Source: Eledone cirrhosa (lineage: Eukaryota). Taken from it: a DNA stretch of 64,000 nucleotides. The translations under genes were made by a program, and so were the position numbers. The notes beneath the pieces are model-generated. The model saw only the letters and a list, made by a program, of their open reading frames with translations. It was not told the DNA's origin and ran no database searches. Location: contig OZ024742.1 of the NCBI GenBank assembly GCA_964016885.1, positions 39,742,001-39,806,000 of the forward strand. Reading direction: 5' to 3'. Below, piece by piece: positions 13,142 through 26,050 of the stretch (position 1 is its first letter; each line of letters begins with the position of its first letter).

Positions 13142-16100
13142 CAATGCTTCTAAATGACCTCAGGTCACAACGTATAGATGTGATGGTTATTTGCGAGGCC
13201 CGGATCAGCAACGTGCGACAGCTGGCCCCCACCTTTGATGACTTTGAGATGCACGCATCTCTCTGTCAGCCCGGAGGTGGGGTGGGGTTGTCGTTCTGCT
13301 GTAAAAACATCTGGGTCTCGCAACACAGATGGTACATTTGGACCCGGAGGGTCGACTAGTGGTCCTGAACATTGGCAGTGGTGAAGGCGGAGCGTTTAGG
13401 TTGGTAGCCGCCTACGGCCCTTTCGGGTGAATGCGGCCGGACTTCTTCCATCGTCTGGAGACTTTTCTAAGGACGTCCCGCTCCTTCCTATTAGTGGGGG
13501 ACTGGAATGGTATCCTAGATGCACGCTAGGACTACGTAGGGGCTTGTCCCGATAGAGAGGGTGTAATAGCCTCAAAGGGTTAATCGGTCGATTTGGCCTG
13601 GCCGATAGATATCAACTAGATTTTCCGACTGCGCCAACCTGGACTTGGGCAAATCTCAGCGGATCATCTATGTCGTACCTAGATAGGTTCTTAGTTAGAA
13701 ATAATGATAAAGACTTTTTAAGCTGTCCAAAAATGAGCATGGTTGGCTATTCAGACCACAAGTTAGTGAGCTGCATGGTCAACCTTGACAGAACGCATAG
13801 ACAGGGACCCGGTTACTGGAAGCTCAACTTGTCCTTACCGGCAAGTAAGGCTTACAGCATCCGGATTAGCACTTTAGTTAAGGAGCGGTTGACTGGCGCC
13901 ATCGTCAACAGCAGGTGGTGGGGATCTCTCAAAAGAGAGATTAGAGTAGTCTCTATAGAATTTAGTAAGGAGTTAACCTCAAATAGAAATATGAAGGAAA
14001 GGGAGCTGGTAGATAGTATAGAAGAAGCAATTATAAGCGGCGACGTGGCCAGAGTGCTAGCGTCGAGAACGGCCCTGGGCCAGTTCTTCGACGCGAAACA
14101 CGAAGGCTGCATCGTCCGAAGCAAAATACGTGCTCTGGGAAACGAGGGGACCAAAGCTGTTAGCTGGGCCCGCGTGACAGAAGCCAAAAGAGGGAGCAGA
14201 TTCACTATCCGGTCTTTGCGAGACCAGGATGGACGGGTGATCCTTGAACCTAAGCAGATGTGCGAGGCTTTTCAAAAGCACTTTGCCGGATTGTTCGGAA
14301 GGGGCGGGGAGCCGGTTGGGAACGTGGACTTCGGTCCATACCTCGACGGCCTGCCGCGTCTCTCGGACAGGGAGGCGAAGTCCTGCAAGGAGCCGATTTC
14401 AGCCGCTGAGATAGAGGACGTGCTAAGCCAATGCGGCAAACGCAAATCCCCGGGTCTCGATGGTCTTCCATACGAACTGTATCTAGCTATGCCGGACTTG
14501 TTCCCCGATCTCCTCGAGGCGGTCTACTGCAACTGGCAATAGAACGGGAGAATTCCCTGTGCTGTGACCAAGGGCGTAGTCACGCTAGTGAGGAAGGACG
14601 AGAACAAGGGGGACGATATAAATAATTTCAGGCCCATAACTCTGCTAATACAGAGTTACAGATTTTGGCCAAGGTGCTAGCAAAGAGGTTGGCGCTTGTC
14701 GTGGGCAACCTGGTGGGAGATGCGCAGACATGTGCTATCCCGTCCAGGTCCATCCACGACAACCTCCACCTCATGCGATACATCATAGAGAGGGTTGGGA
14801 ACGAACCCGGCTTTGGTGGGGCCCTGATCAACTTGGATCAATCTAAGGCGTTCGATAGGGTCGACCATGGTTACCTGGATGTGGTCTTAGCGGCGGCAGG
14901 CTTCGGACCCGTTTTCAGGGGCTGGATGAATGCCATGCACAGCAGCCGCATCTGCTCTAGGCTCAAGGTCAACGGCTACCTCTCGGAGCCGTTCGAAATC
15001 GCGCGGTCCATCCGACAAGGGTGCCCTCTCTCCTCCCTTCTGTATGTAGTGACTCTAGAGCCACTGCTATAACACTTATATAGCGTCCGTCATCTACTAC
15101 CGCCTGACCGTTGTGCCTTGCCCAAGAGAAACGCTCGCCAAAATGGAACGCGCACTCTTCCAATTCCTCTGGAAGAAGTGGGCTCCTATGGTGAGGAGAT
15201 CCATCTGCTGTCAACACTCTTCGAAAGGAGGGCTGGGGATGCCGTGGCTAATGATGCGTAAGCACGCATTAAGGCTACGGCACCTCCAGGTATTCCTCAC
15301 CGGTCAACCGGTGTGGGCCCCGTTTGTGAGGCGAGCCTTTCCCAGACTCGTCTCACTCACCGAGCTGCAATCCTGGGTCAAGCAAAGACCGAGAAAACTG
15401 GGTGCCTGGCACACCGAGTGTGCCCAGGCGCTCACGGCTCTCTGGCAGGCGGACCCGGCTGTCAGTGGAGGATCCACCTCGTCATTCTATAGAGGGCTGG
15501 TGGTTAGCAGGTGCGACGACGCCCTCAGAGAAGCCCTAGGCATGGAGGAAGACGAACTGGCCAACCTGTTCGGTAGGACATTCAGCCCGGGACCCATGGA
15601 TAACCTCCAGAGGTCCCTGGCCTGGCAGTGCTACCGAGGAGCTCTGCTCCTTCGAGAAAGGCTCTACAGACACGGGCGCCCGGGTAGGGACACCTCGAAA
15701 AAGATCTGTCCCAGATGCGTGTGCGACGAGGAAACCGTTGCACACGCATTGGTACACTGCTCGGGCATTGCCGATCTGTGGGGCTATGTCGAACAACTGC
15801 TCTCAAGGGTGGGACCGATCCGGTTGACCACCGAGTCTATTGTAACGATCAAGCCGCCTCCCCTCTTCAAAAACGAAGGAGAGGCGGTGTTTCTGTGCGT
15901 AATAGCCATGGCGAAAGAGGTTGTATGGTGGACGCGTCTGAAAGGACTGAGGTCAGACACCTTTCTCTCTGGCCAACAACTGGTCCGTTTCTTCGATATC
16001 ATTTCGGAAGAAGGATCAGGATGGAGAGAGAGGTGCTGCACCCCAGCCGTTTTTATGAAAGATGGGTGAAAGTGGCGAGAATGGCCCGTGTGAATGGGCC

Positions 16101-16393
16101 TTCACTCTACATCAGACTATAGGTGAGGAAGATGAAAGACCAAAGGAGCACCCCCTCTCTGTGCTCCTGAGGAGAAGGGTTGCACACTTTTTTTCGGGGG
16201 TGTGTGCGACCCCCCAAAGCGCCTCCTCCCTATTGAGGATTTTGTTATAAAATTTATTTTGTTATATTTTATTTTATTTTTATACTTTTATATCTTGTTA
16301 TTGCCTCCTCCATATTGAGGATGCCTTTGCATGTAAACTCCCCCCTTTGTACTTGTCCCACTTTTGATGCCCTGGTGGCAAATAAAAAGAAAG

Positions 16394-16395
<2 letters not shown>
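13141..16395 (+). mobile_element. L1/Tx1-clade non-LTR retrotransposon ORF2 (APE-RT-zinc knuckle), disrupted
   Basis: APE motifs (GDWN, SYLDRF, SDH, GYWKLN), RT motifs (KSPGLDGLP, LDQSKAFDRVDH, RQGCPLS), GGLG and CPRC..ET..HALVHC knuckle. Contains stops and frameshifts, has AATAAA at the 3' end and (TA)n on both sides. Confidence 0.92.
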
Positions 16396-16465
<70 letters not shown>

Positions 16466-16822
16466 CATGCATATATATATATATGCATGCAAGCGCGTGT
16501 GTGTGAGCGTGTGCGTATGTGTGTGTGTGTTTCTGTGTGTGCTTGTGTATGTGTATGTGTACGTCAGTATACATATGTATGTTGTTTATTTCGTGTAATG
16601 CAGTAGGAGCCAATTAAACTTCAAAGAATTTGAATGAGTGGTAGTAGGAGAATTAAAATACAACTCTATCTACCTCCTCTCTCTTTCTCTCCCCCATTGC
16701 GTTTATCACACATACACACACACAGAAACACACACACACAACACACACAGACGCACAGACACGCACACACCCACAAACACACAACACACACATACATACA
16801 TACATACATATATATATATAGT

Positions 16823-17010
16823 AATAATTGTTTCTACTTATGGCACAAGGCCGGCAATTACTCAGTGCATTACTGGTACTTTATTTTATCGACCCCGTAA
16901 GGATGAAAGGCAAAGTTAACCTCGGCTGGATTTGAACTCAGATCATAAAGGGAGGTAATTCTATGCTTCAAAGCATGGCGTCCGACCCTCTACCGATACT
17001 GCCAATCCAC
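16823..17010 (-). mobile_element. tRNA-derived SINE, family A
   Basis: Matches the family A sequence. Confidence 0.85.
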
Positions 17011-17070
17011 ATAATAATAATAAATGTGAAGACTAAAACCCGATTCATTGCTTAAACTTTAATGTGTTTA

Positions 17071-17160
<90 letters not shown>

Positions 17161-17163
<3 letters not shown>

Positions 17164-19515
17164 TTCTCTCCTTCTTCTGCTCCTTCCACCCCTCCCTCCA
17201 CTTCACCACCTCTATCTCCACCACCCACGTCCACTTCTTAGACATCTCCGTCGCCTTCGACCCCTCCCACCACTCCCACGTCACCTCCGCCTTCTTCAAA
17301 CCCACCGACTTCCACTCTTACCTCGACTTCACCTCTTCCCACCCCACCCACACTAAACTCTCCATTCCCTACTCCCAACTTCTCAGGATCCGCCGCCTCT
17401 GTAGCCGTGATGCTGACTTCGTGTCCCAGGCCCTTTCCCTAGTCAGCCATTTCATCCGCAGAGGTTACCCCCCCCCTCTCTCGTCTACACCGCTCTCACC
17501 CACGCCCGTGCTATCCCCCGCTCCACCACCCTCACCCCACGCCACCGCACACCCACCCACCGTCTCCCCTTCCCCATCACCTACCACCCCTCCACCTTAC
17601 CCCTCCACCGCACCATCCGCCGCCTCTTCCGACGCCTCCAGTCCGACCCCTCCACCTCCCACATCTTCCCAACCCCACCACTCCCCTCCTTCAAACGCGC
17701 ACGCAATCTCCGCACCCTCCTCGTCCACAGCTCCCTACCCCCCAACCCACGCTCTGTCCCCCCCCCGTTCCTACCCCTGTTCTAGGCCCCGCTGCAACAC
17801 CTGTCCCCACATCACCAACACCACCACCTTCCAGGGTCCCAACGGCCACTCTCTCTCGGTCCGGCATGCCTTCCGCTGCACCTCCTCCAACCTAGTCTAC
17901 GGACAGACGGGACGTCGCCTGGCGGACCGAGTCACGGAGCACCTCCGGGATATTCGTCTCGGGGGCAGTTCCCCCATCGCCCGCCACTTTGGTGGCCCTG
18001 GACACTCCGCACGCCATCTCACAGTCTGTGGCCTACTCCAGTGCCACGGAACACCCGCCCATCGCTTTACGGTCGAACAACGAACTATCTTCATCTTACA
18101 GACCCACACTCCCCCCGGCCTGAACTCCCCACCCTTATTCCTTTAGCGTTCGACCGCCCCCTCCCCCCACACTTATCCCCCACTAACACCACTAACACAC
18201 CCCTCCTTTTCACCGCCCACCCCACACTAACAATACTAACACCTCCACTCCACCCTCATCTGACCACCCTTCCCCAACTAACATACTAACATCCCTTCCC
18301 TCCCCTCTTCTCCTCCTCCCCCTCCTTATCACACGCACACACGCACCCACTTACACCACCCACCCCACACGCAACTAACATCACTAACACCCCCCAACCC
18401 CACGCACACGTACCCACACACCAGTACACCACACTCCCTCCATAGAACCACACACCCCCTTCTCTCCCCGCTCCACCCACACCCCCGCTCCACACTCACT
18501 CATCCCACTATCACCCCTACTAATACACACACACACACACCCTCCTCACTCCAACTCTCACACCTACCCATCCTCGCCTCCCTACCATTCCACCGACTGC
18601 TGCTATGCCCTTCTGACCACCTCCCAGCACCTACTGACCACAGCACTCCCACTGCTGACCACTTTCTGTTGCGCGCGCACCCCACATCTCTCCTCTTCCG
18701 ACCACCGCTTCATGGATTACCCACACGCAGAAATTGACTTATAACCAAATCTCCAAACATCCCTGGAACTTACCAACTTTTCAACCATCCTCTTACATCA
18801 TCACCTATATAACTCACCCACACACACACCCCAAAAAAAAATGTTTTTCTCCACACGCCACCCACACCCACAACACGCTTAAACCCCACACACACGTGCT
18901 TCCCACCACATATTTACACCCTCAGCCTCCTGATTCCTCTCCCCCCACCCCCCTATCCACACACGCACAGACACTCCGACCCACAAAAACACCCCCCACA
19001 CACACCTCTTCCTGAACATGCAAGCCCGTTCTTCCCCCAACCCTCACTTTCACATACACACACACACACACACACGCACACCTACACACACACACCACCT
19101 TCAGCCCTCCCCGCTCGGACACCCCGTCTCCCTCTCCCCACTCCACCCGCCACCACCCCTACTCACCCCACACCCTTCCACCACCTGTTTACCCCTCTTT
19201 TAATTTCAGTTTATTTTGATCATGCCTTTATTTTTAAATTTTCTCATTCCTTGTATTTTGATCATGCTTTATTTTTATTTTTTATATTTTTTGTCTTTAT
19301 TTGTTAATTTTTCATTCGCTCCGTTTCCTTTCGCTATATGTCTCTCCACCACTCCCCTACACACCTTTTGAACTCTGTTCCCACACACTTCTCACCTGAG
19401 GAAGGGCTTATGCCCGAAACGTCGTCCCCCACCTACCCCCCACTCTCCTGAGCGTGAATTTAATAAACATTTATTGTACTGCCTCTCTGTTCTGTCCCTG
19501 TTCAAATTTTTCATT
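17161..19515 (+). mobile_element. 5'-truncated Neptune-type Penelope-like element (RT thumb, Cys linker, GIY-YIG, long C-rich 3' UTR/pLTR)
   Basis: FLDISV, KPTD.HSYL, HP..K.SIPYSQLLRIRRLCS, CSRPRCNTC, NLVY..GQTGRRLADR..EH, GLN; flanked by (TA)n. Confidence 0.9.
19393..19425 (+). ncRNA. minimal hammerhead in Neptune pLTR
   Basis: AC-CTGAGGA-A-GGGC-TTAT-GCCC-GAA-ACGT-C^-GT; stem I is only about 2 bp; conserved in 3 copies. Confidence 0.6.
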
Positions 19516-19704
19516 ATATATATATATATATATATATTGGAATAAATGCTCTGAAATAGCGATATATATGTGAATATAGACATAGAATATATATCGCTAT
19601 TTCAGAGCATTTATTCCAATTTCTAATTTCTGCCGGACCGGCAACCGCTCTTTCAAACCAGTTCCTGTACACAGCTAAGTATTCTATAAGTCTCTAGCTG
19701 TGTC

Positions 19705-19794
19705 ATTCTCGATAAAAGCACTGGATATGTAGTCCTGATGAATTCTAACAAGAATGAAACGCGTAGACTTACTTCCCTTGCTTTTATCGAGAAT
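19705..19794 (+). ncRNA. type I hammerhead ribozyme with extended stem I
   Basis: GTAGTC-CTGATGA-ATTCT-AACA-AGAAT-GAA-ACGCGT-A^-GACTTAC (19729-19772), enclosed by a perfect 16-bp inverted repeat ATTCTCGATAAAAGCA/TGCTTTTATCGAGAAT. Confidence 0.88.
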
Positions 19795-20221
19795 CTAATT
19801 GTAATACGTGACGTATTCTATTCTATAGCGATTAGGTCTTCAAAATGTTTATTATAAACATACAGAATATTTTCGAATATTCTATGTCTATATTCATATA
19901 TATATATATATATATAAAGAAAAAAAGATGAAATCGAAAATGTAACTGGAGTCTTATTTTAAAAAATATATATATATATTTTTTAAAATAAGTCTCCAGT
20001 TGCATTTTCGATTTCGTCCATTTTTCTTTATATATATATATAGTTAGTTAGGGAAGCAGAAAATTGCTTATTGTGATCCAGTTTGTGGTTAAGCAAGCCA
20101 GTTTCAATTATAATTGAGTGGCTGCTATTTGCAGTACAGCAATATAAGGTTGCACTTACCAATGAAACGGTCGTAAATACCTGGATAAAATCCTTCTCTT
20201 AATGCTTACCTGTGTTTTCTC

Positions 20222-20255
<34 letters not shown>

Positions 20256-20378
20256 ATTCATATATGATTCCAGTTCCTCAGTGAAATAACAACCCAACCA
20301 GGAACTGGGCATATCAGAGTATTGACAATATTATACACCACAACAACATATGTACTTGTTTATACCACACTAATTCGG

Positions 20379-20433
20379 ACTGCCTGAAGAGGTCACAGCC
20401 AAAGATGGCTGTCACCGAGATATATATAGCAGT
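20379..20433 (+). ncRNA. hammerhead motif (GAGA core variant)
   Basis: ACTGC-CTGAAGA-GGTCACAGCC...GGCTGTCACC-GAG-ATATATAT-A^-GCAGT, then AATAAA; same family as 43921. Confidence 0.65.
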
Positions 20434-20698
20434 AATAAACGAAGCTAAATTTTAAACATTTGACTTTTTATTTAACTTTATTTTATATATATATATATAT
20501 ATATATATCAATGTTTCCAATACAGGGAACTCGAAACATGGAATAGAGACTAATCCTTTTAACATATTTGTGTGTGTTAAAAATGTTTGTTATGTATATT
20601 CTGTAACCACCGAGAGTGATGGCTGTGTGTTTGTTTAATGAGTACAGAGTATATGTTATTAATTTATTTGGAAGTTGCAATATTATTACAGAAACCAA

Positions 20699-20879
20699 AT
20701 AATTGTTTCTACTTTTGGCACAAGGCCAGCAATTACCCAGTGTATTACTGGTACTTTATTTTATCGACCCCATAAGGATGAAAGGCAAAGTTAACCTCGG
20801 CGGGATTTGAACTCAGAATGGCAAGGGCCGTAACTCTATGCGTCAAAGCATGGCGTCCGACCCTCTACCGATACTGCCC
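20699..20879 (-). mobile_element. tRNA-derived SINE, family A
   Basis: Matches the family A sequence. Confidence 0.85.
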
Positions 20880-20984
20880 AAATAATGAAAGTGTTTGCGG
20901 CCTGACAGAGTTTATCCTCTTAATATTAATGTAGTGGATTAGTTTTATATTTAATCTTAATTTTAAGTTTTGGTTATATTGAAT

Positions 20985-21600
20985 TGATGCCGAGTGCTGC
21001 ATGACTAGAATGAAAATCAGTGCTGGGAAGACTGAGACGCTTGTTCTCTCAAGGAAGCCTGCGCAGTGCATTCTACATGGAGTTCCACTGAAGCAGGTGG
21101 AGAATTTCAAGTATCTCAGGGCCATGTTCACGAGTGAAGGCAGGAAGCCGAATTCACTGCATCAATTACAGGAGCTGGTGCAGTAATGCGCCAGCTTCAG
21201 CATTCGGTAATCAGAATAAGGGGGGGGGGGGTAAAAAGCCAAACTGGTTATCTTCAAAAAGGCTTCTTCCACTCGATAGAGTGCGCAGCGCAGTGATCAG
21301 AGAGTCAGTCCTGGTAGAGCGGCTATTTCTCCGAATTGAGAGATCACAGCTCCGATATTACAGACATGTGGTTAGAATGTTTCAGGGAAGAATCGCTGGA
21401 CAGATTTTACGAGCAGCACCAACCAGCAGGAGACCCAGGAGTAGACCCCAAGCAAGATGGTTGGATAACACCCATGAGCTCGGCTGGTCTCGATTGGAGA
21501 TCCAGCCTGATCAATTGGAGACTGTTGCTTCTGACAGGACCCGTTCGAAGGAATGTTTTCCCCCACGATCCTTTCAGTAATAAGTAGGCGAAGAAGAAAA
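20985..21600 (+). pseudogene. RTE-clade LINE RT C-terminal fragment
   Basis: MKISAGKTE.LV, LKQVENFKYL..FTSEG, LDRVRS..IRE, IERSQLRY.RHVVRM, RRPRSRP..RW; frameshifted. Confidence 0.8.
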
Positions 21601-21844
21601 AGAGAAGAAAGACATATTTGTCGTTGTTTTAATGTGAAAGGGAATTTAAAATTTTTGTAACTGGGGAATTAAATTGTGTATGATGTATCTTGAGTAGTTT
21701 AGGTTTGTTATAAATAGGGTTATGTAATATATATATATATATATATGTGTGTAAGTTTATATATATATAATTGGTGTTGGGTGCTTAAAACGTCCGTATG
21801 TAGTAGGCCGTATGAGCACTCGATGCTCTCATAGAGCGGAGTAT

Positions 21845-22151
21845 GATATCACAGAAAAAAAAAAGAATCAGAGTTGCGACGAATGGAATTTATTGGACAT
21901 ATAATCGTTTCTCTAGCGACCAGCTCGAGGCACGATCGATGTGATGATGATCGAACCAGACTCTGAAAATCTAACTGCAGTTTTTACTACACTGAAAATC
22001 GCAAGGTCCTCGAGACGTATCTGAGGACCTTGCGATTTTCAGAGTCAGGTTCGATCATCACAAAGATCGTGCCTCGAGCTGGTCGACAGAGAAACGATTG
22101 TAATATGTCCAATAAATTCCATTCGTCGAAACACTGATTCTCTTTTTTTCT

Positions 22152-22156
<5 letters not shown>
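21845..22156. repeat. inverted duplication (~125-bp arms) of a mini-element 3' end
   Basis: 21845-21971 is the reverse complement of about 22034-22156. Confidence 0.85.
22014..22109 (+). ncRNA. type I hammerhead with long stem II
   Basis: GACGTAT-CTGAGGA-[63 nt with AGG..CGATC/GATCG..CCT hairpin]-GAA-ACGATTGT-A^-ATATGTC (7-bp stem I), then AATAAA. Confidence 0.7.
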
Positions 22157-22227
<71 letters not shown>

Positions 22228-22318
22228 TGTATGTATGTATGTATGTATGTATGTATGTATGTATGTATGTATGTATGTATGTATATGTGGAGGGTCATAT
22301 TGTTATAATATTGCCAGA

Positions 22319-22372
<54 letters not shown>

Positions 22373-22427
22373 ATGTGTGTTAAAGTTAGATATAGTTATG
22401 TGATATGTATGTACATATATAAATATA

Positions 22428-22539
22428 TACATGGTGTCCCCACAAAATGTATACACACTTTGATTACCTATACAGGAAATATTTATTAGAAGGCTGTTGA
22501 AATCTGTATACCTTTTTTTTGGGGGGGGGCATCCTGTAT
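22428..22539. mobile_element. Tc1/mariner-type MITE remnant
   Basis: TACATGGTGTCCC...GGGGCATCCTGTA termini in a TA context. Confidence 0.5.
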
Positions 22540-22999
22540 ATGTGAGTGTGAGTGTGAGTATGTGTGTGTATGTGTGTGTATGAGCATGATATATGTAGTA
22601 TGTATGAGATTTGTGTGAAAGTGTGTAGTAAAAACTGCAGTTAGCTGGCAATTACTATAAGCTGCAATTGTTTATTTGGTAATCTTTGTTTCTTTCTTTG
22701 CCCAATTATTTTCTTCTTGCTTTGTCCTTGTCCGAATTTTGCCCCACTGTTTTGTCCAAATTTGGTGGGGTGGTTGGCCTTCTGCGTTTCATCCTACCCG
22801 GCATTTTATACATTATAAAATCCACCACCATTATAACATTTGAGGAGAGTCATGTTGTTATAATATTGCCAAACACACTAACTGTTTGGTTTGGGTTGGC
22901 TTTCGTTTCAGTATGTTTTATATCCCTATAGTTAATTTAGCTGGCAATCAATGTTTGTCATTGATTGACCAACAGTTAAATATATATATATATATGTAA

Positions 23000-23031
<32 letters not shown>

Positions 23032-24466
23032 CACCAATTGGGCCATAACCATACCCCTATTTCATCATTCGGCGACACGCCTCATGTGTCATGCATAATG
23101 TGAATGGACCCATGGGCCCATGAGCACAGATCTTGAGCAGCAGCGGACGGTCTTGTCGTCCCGCTCATCCTTGATCTTGACCAACCCGTCCATCTTCTCC
23201 TTGCATCTTGTCCTTGAGTTCAAGTCCGGCACTCCAGATGAATGCGTGCCACAGCTTTCTGGTACAGGAAGGGGGAGCAGGAGGACTGGAGGGATGACGG
23301 GACAGAGGGAGGGAGGACCGGTGGTTGAGGGAGGTGCCGTAGTCGGTGGTCAGAGTCGACATCTTGTCCCGGTCGTCTTCTCCATCTTCGTCTGGTGTTA
23401 CGGGACCAGAAGTGCATTCTTGGAGGAGACCTGCAGCTGCATCGGCCAATTCTTCTTGCAATGGCCATTCTGACGGAGCAGAACTGCTCAGCCAACCAAC
23501 CCCAACCAGAACCAACCGCTCAGGGGCAACGCACAATGAGAGCATGACAATTATTATGCACTAATCAAGAAGATACTGGGGCATAGCACAGGAAACGAAT
23601 AAAAAAATTTTGCCACTAATATTATTGTAATTTTTTTTATTTCTTGTCCAATTCTTTAAAGTTTTATCTTAGTTTCTTGTCCTATTCTTTTAAAGTTTTA
23701 TTTTAGTTTCTTGTCCTGTATTTTTAAAGGTTTATATTCCAACAATATTACTTTTTTTTGCTGTACGCATTTTCTATCTGGTATATATATTATATATATA
23801 TAGTCTCTCAAAGTTCTTTCATCACACATGTGTAATATCATCAGTGATACTATAATAAACATAATAGTATGTGTGTTTTATTATATATTTGTGACAATAT
23901 CATAACAATATAACCCTCCCTAAATATAACAATATTTGTTTCAACACACGATTTCATATTAAAAAAATCTTGTAAAACAAATTCATTAAAATTTTTACAT
24001 TAAGCACATTTCTCACATTTTGAAGGATCATGCAAACAATAAAATTTATCTCAGTACTTCATCGATTTCATCAAAGCTAACCTCGGTGGGATTTCACCTC
24101 AGAACCTATCTAACTTCAGAGTAAATAAAACAACTGAGACCACATTATTGAAATTCCAACTTTTATTCCGTTTCAAAGTCAATCGGAAGATACTCGTTGG
24201 TCTACGTGACTTTTCCTTAATTTACCGCACAAAAGAGCCGTTAAAAGGCCGAGTCTTTTATTTAATGAACTAAATAAACTGAGAATCAGAGTTAGGTAAC
24301 GTGCCGATTCCGCCTAGAGGCAAATGGAAAAGGGGCTGGCCGAAAATCTGACAAGAGAAAGTGAAATCACTTGCGTGTGAAGGATGCTTGTCGTCTATTG
24401 CGCCATTCTGAGCAGAAGGCCCTAAATATGTACTATCTAATATTCAATAATAACGTAAATTATTGA

Positions 24467-24585
24467 AGGTGCGTGGCTTAGCGGTTAGATAGTTGGATTC
24501 GCAATCGTGAGGTTGCGAGTTCAATTCTCGGACTGGGTGGTACGTTGTGTCCCTGAGCAAAACATTTTATTTCACGTTGCTCCTT
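24467..24585 (+). mobile_element. tRNA-derived SINE, family B (head)
   Basis: GGTGCGTGGCTTAGCGGTTAG (A box)...GAGTTCAATTC (B box)...TGTGTCCCTGAGCAAAACA. Confidence 0.75.
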
Positions 24586-25120
24586 CTGCCAGGAGTTGCG
24601 ACCGGTAGATAGTATCAGCAATGGAAAAATCAATGGAAAAATTCTTTCCTTGGTTCGATTTGACAAGGTCTAACCCACTCGGCACGCGTATTTGACCTGG
24701 GATCTTGTCGATCGATCAGAGCAATTCAAGGTAGAAAGAGAAAGTCTGAACGGCCGAGTGAAGCGATACAGGTAGATAAAGAGTGAGAGGAGGAGCAAGG
24801 AACGCGAGAGAGCGAGAGCCAGGCCCTATAATAGCAAAAAGTGTTTAGTTAAAATTTTAGTGTAAAACAACTTAGTACTTGCTAGTTTTGGATAAAGTAT
24901 TATGTACCGGAATGACAGGGATTGAAAGAAAGAAGGAAAGAAAGTATGGGTACCGGAAATAACTCAGACAGCAAGAAAGTGAATGAGTGAGAGAGAGAGA
25001 GAAAGGGGAGGTGAGGAAGGGGAGACTAATTTCTGCGTTAGGGTAGGAGAGTTATAGTAAACTGGAGAGTGGAAATGTTATTAGAATGGATAGTTATACC
25101 TGTCTCTCTTTCCATCTAAC

Positions 25121-25170
<50 letters not shown>

Positions 25171-25288
25171 TATTATCTAGTTATCTATTTTCGTTTTCTC
25201 TCTCATTCTGTCTGTCTATAAAATAAAAAAAATTAAAAAATTAAAAGTTAGACATTTTTTAATTTAGACGTCATAGAATATACTAAAA

Positions 25289-25475
25289 ATAATTGTTTCT
25301 ACTTTTGGCACAAGGCCAGTAAATACCCCAGTGCATTACTGGTGCTTTATTTTATCGACCCCATAAGGATGAAAGGCAAAGTTAACCTCGGCGAGATTTG
25401 AACTCAGACGATAAAGGGCCGTAACTCTATGCTGCAAAGCTTGGTGTCCGACCCTCTACCGATAGTGCCAATGCA
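25289..25475 (-). mobile_element. tRNA-derived SINE, family A
   Basis: Matches the family A sequence. Confidence 0.85.
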
Positions 25476-25489
25476 CCGGCACGGTCACC

Positions 25490-26050
25490 CTGTGCCCTCT
25501 TCCAGTTCTCCACCTCCAATGTATAGGTGCATACTCAGCGCAGGCCTATATTATACACTCGGGCCGTGATCGTAACACTCATCCATCTTTCAACAACTTG
25601 ATTGAAAGGCAGCACTTTCCTCTCCACTCTGATTTTCCTCTTTAAATAAAAACTGCCTGCCCTTCCCGGCTAAAGGAAGGCGGCACGGCAATTTTCACGA
25701 TGGACTCAGGTGAGAGCCGTATCCGTCCTACACGTGACAGCAGATGTTCGACATAAACCCATAAGTCAACAATGCTCGGATATTGGACGAGTGCGTGCAG
25801 GACGGCGTCCACGCCCTGCGCGCATCTCGGACAGGCCCTGCTGACGGTACTTCCATGCCTTGATTGTTTATCTCGAACTGGCAATGTTCCCCGTAGCATT
25901 GACGGACCGGGGATTTCTGGAAGCTGTCCATGGGCCCTGGTTTGAAAGTTCTCCGGAAAAGTTTCATTGACTTCCAGAATCTCCCCAAGGACATTGTCTC
26001 TCTTAATCTCCACTAACGCTCAATAGAACGCCAAGGTGGAGTTTCTATCA
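25490..26050 (-). pseudogene. 3' fragment of a related L1/Tx1 element
   Basis: CPRC..VLHALVQ..SIVDLWVYVEHLLSRVGRIRLSPESIV is homologous to the 15113-16069 protein. Confidence 0.85.

Noticed and set aside
20068-20180. GAAACGGTCGTA-AATA with upstream TATT
   Set aside because: The CUGANGA box is too degenerate (GTGATCC).
24467-24545. tRNA gene
   Set aside because: It has A/B boxes but no complete cloverleaf and continues into a SINE body.
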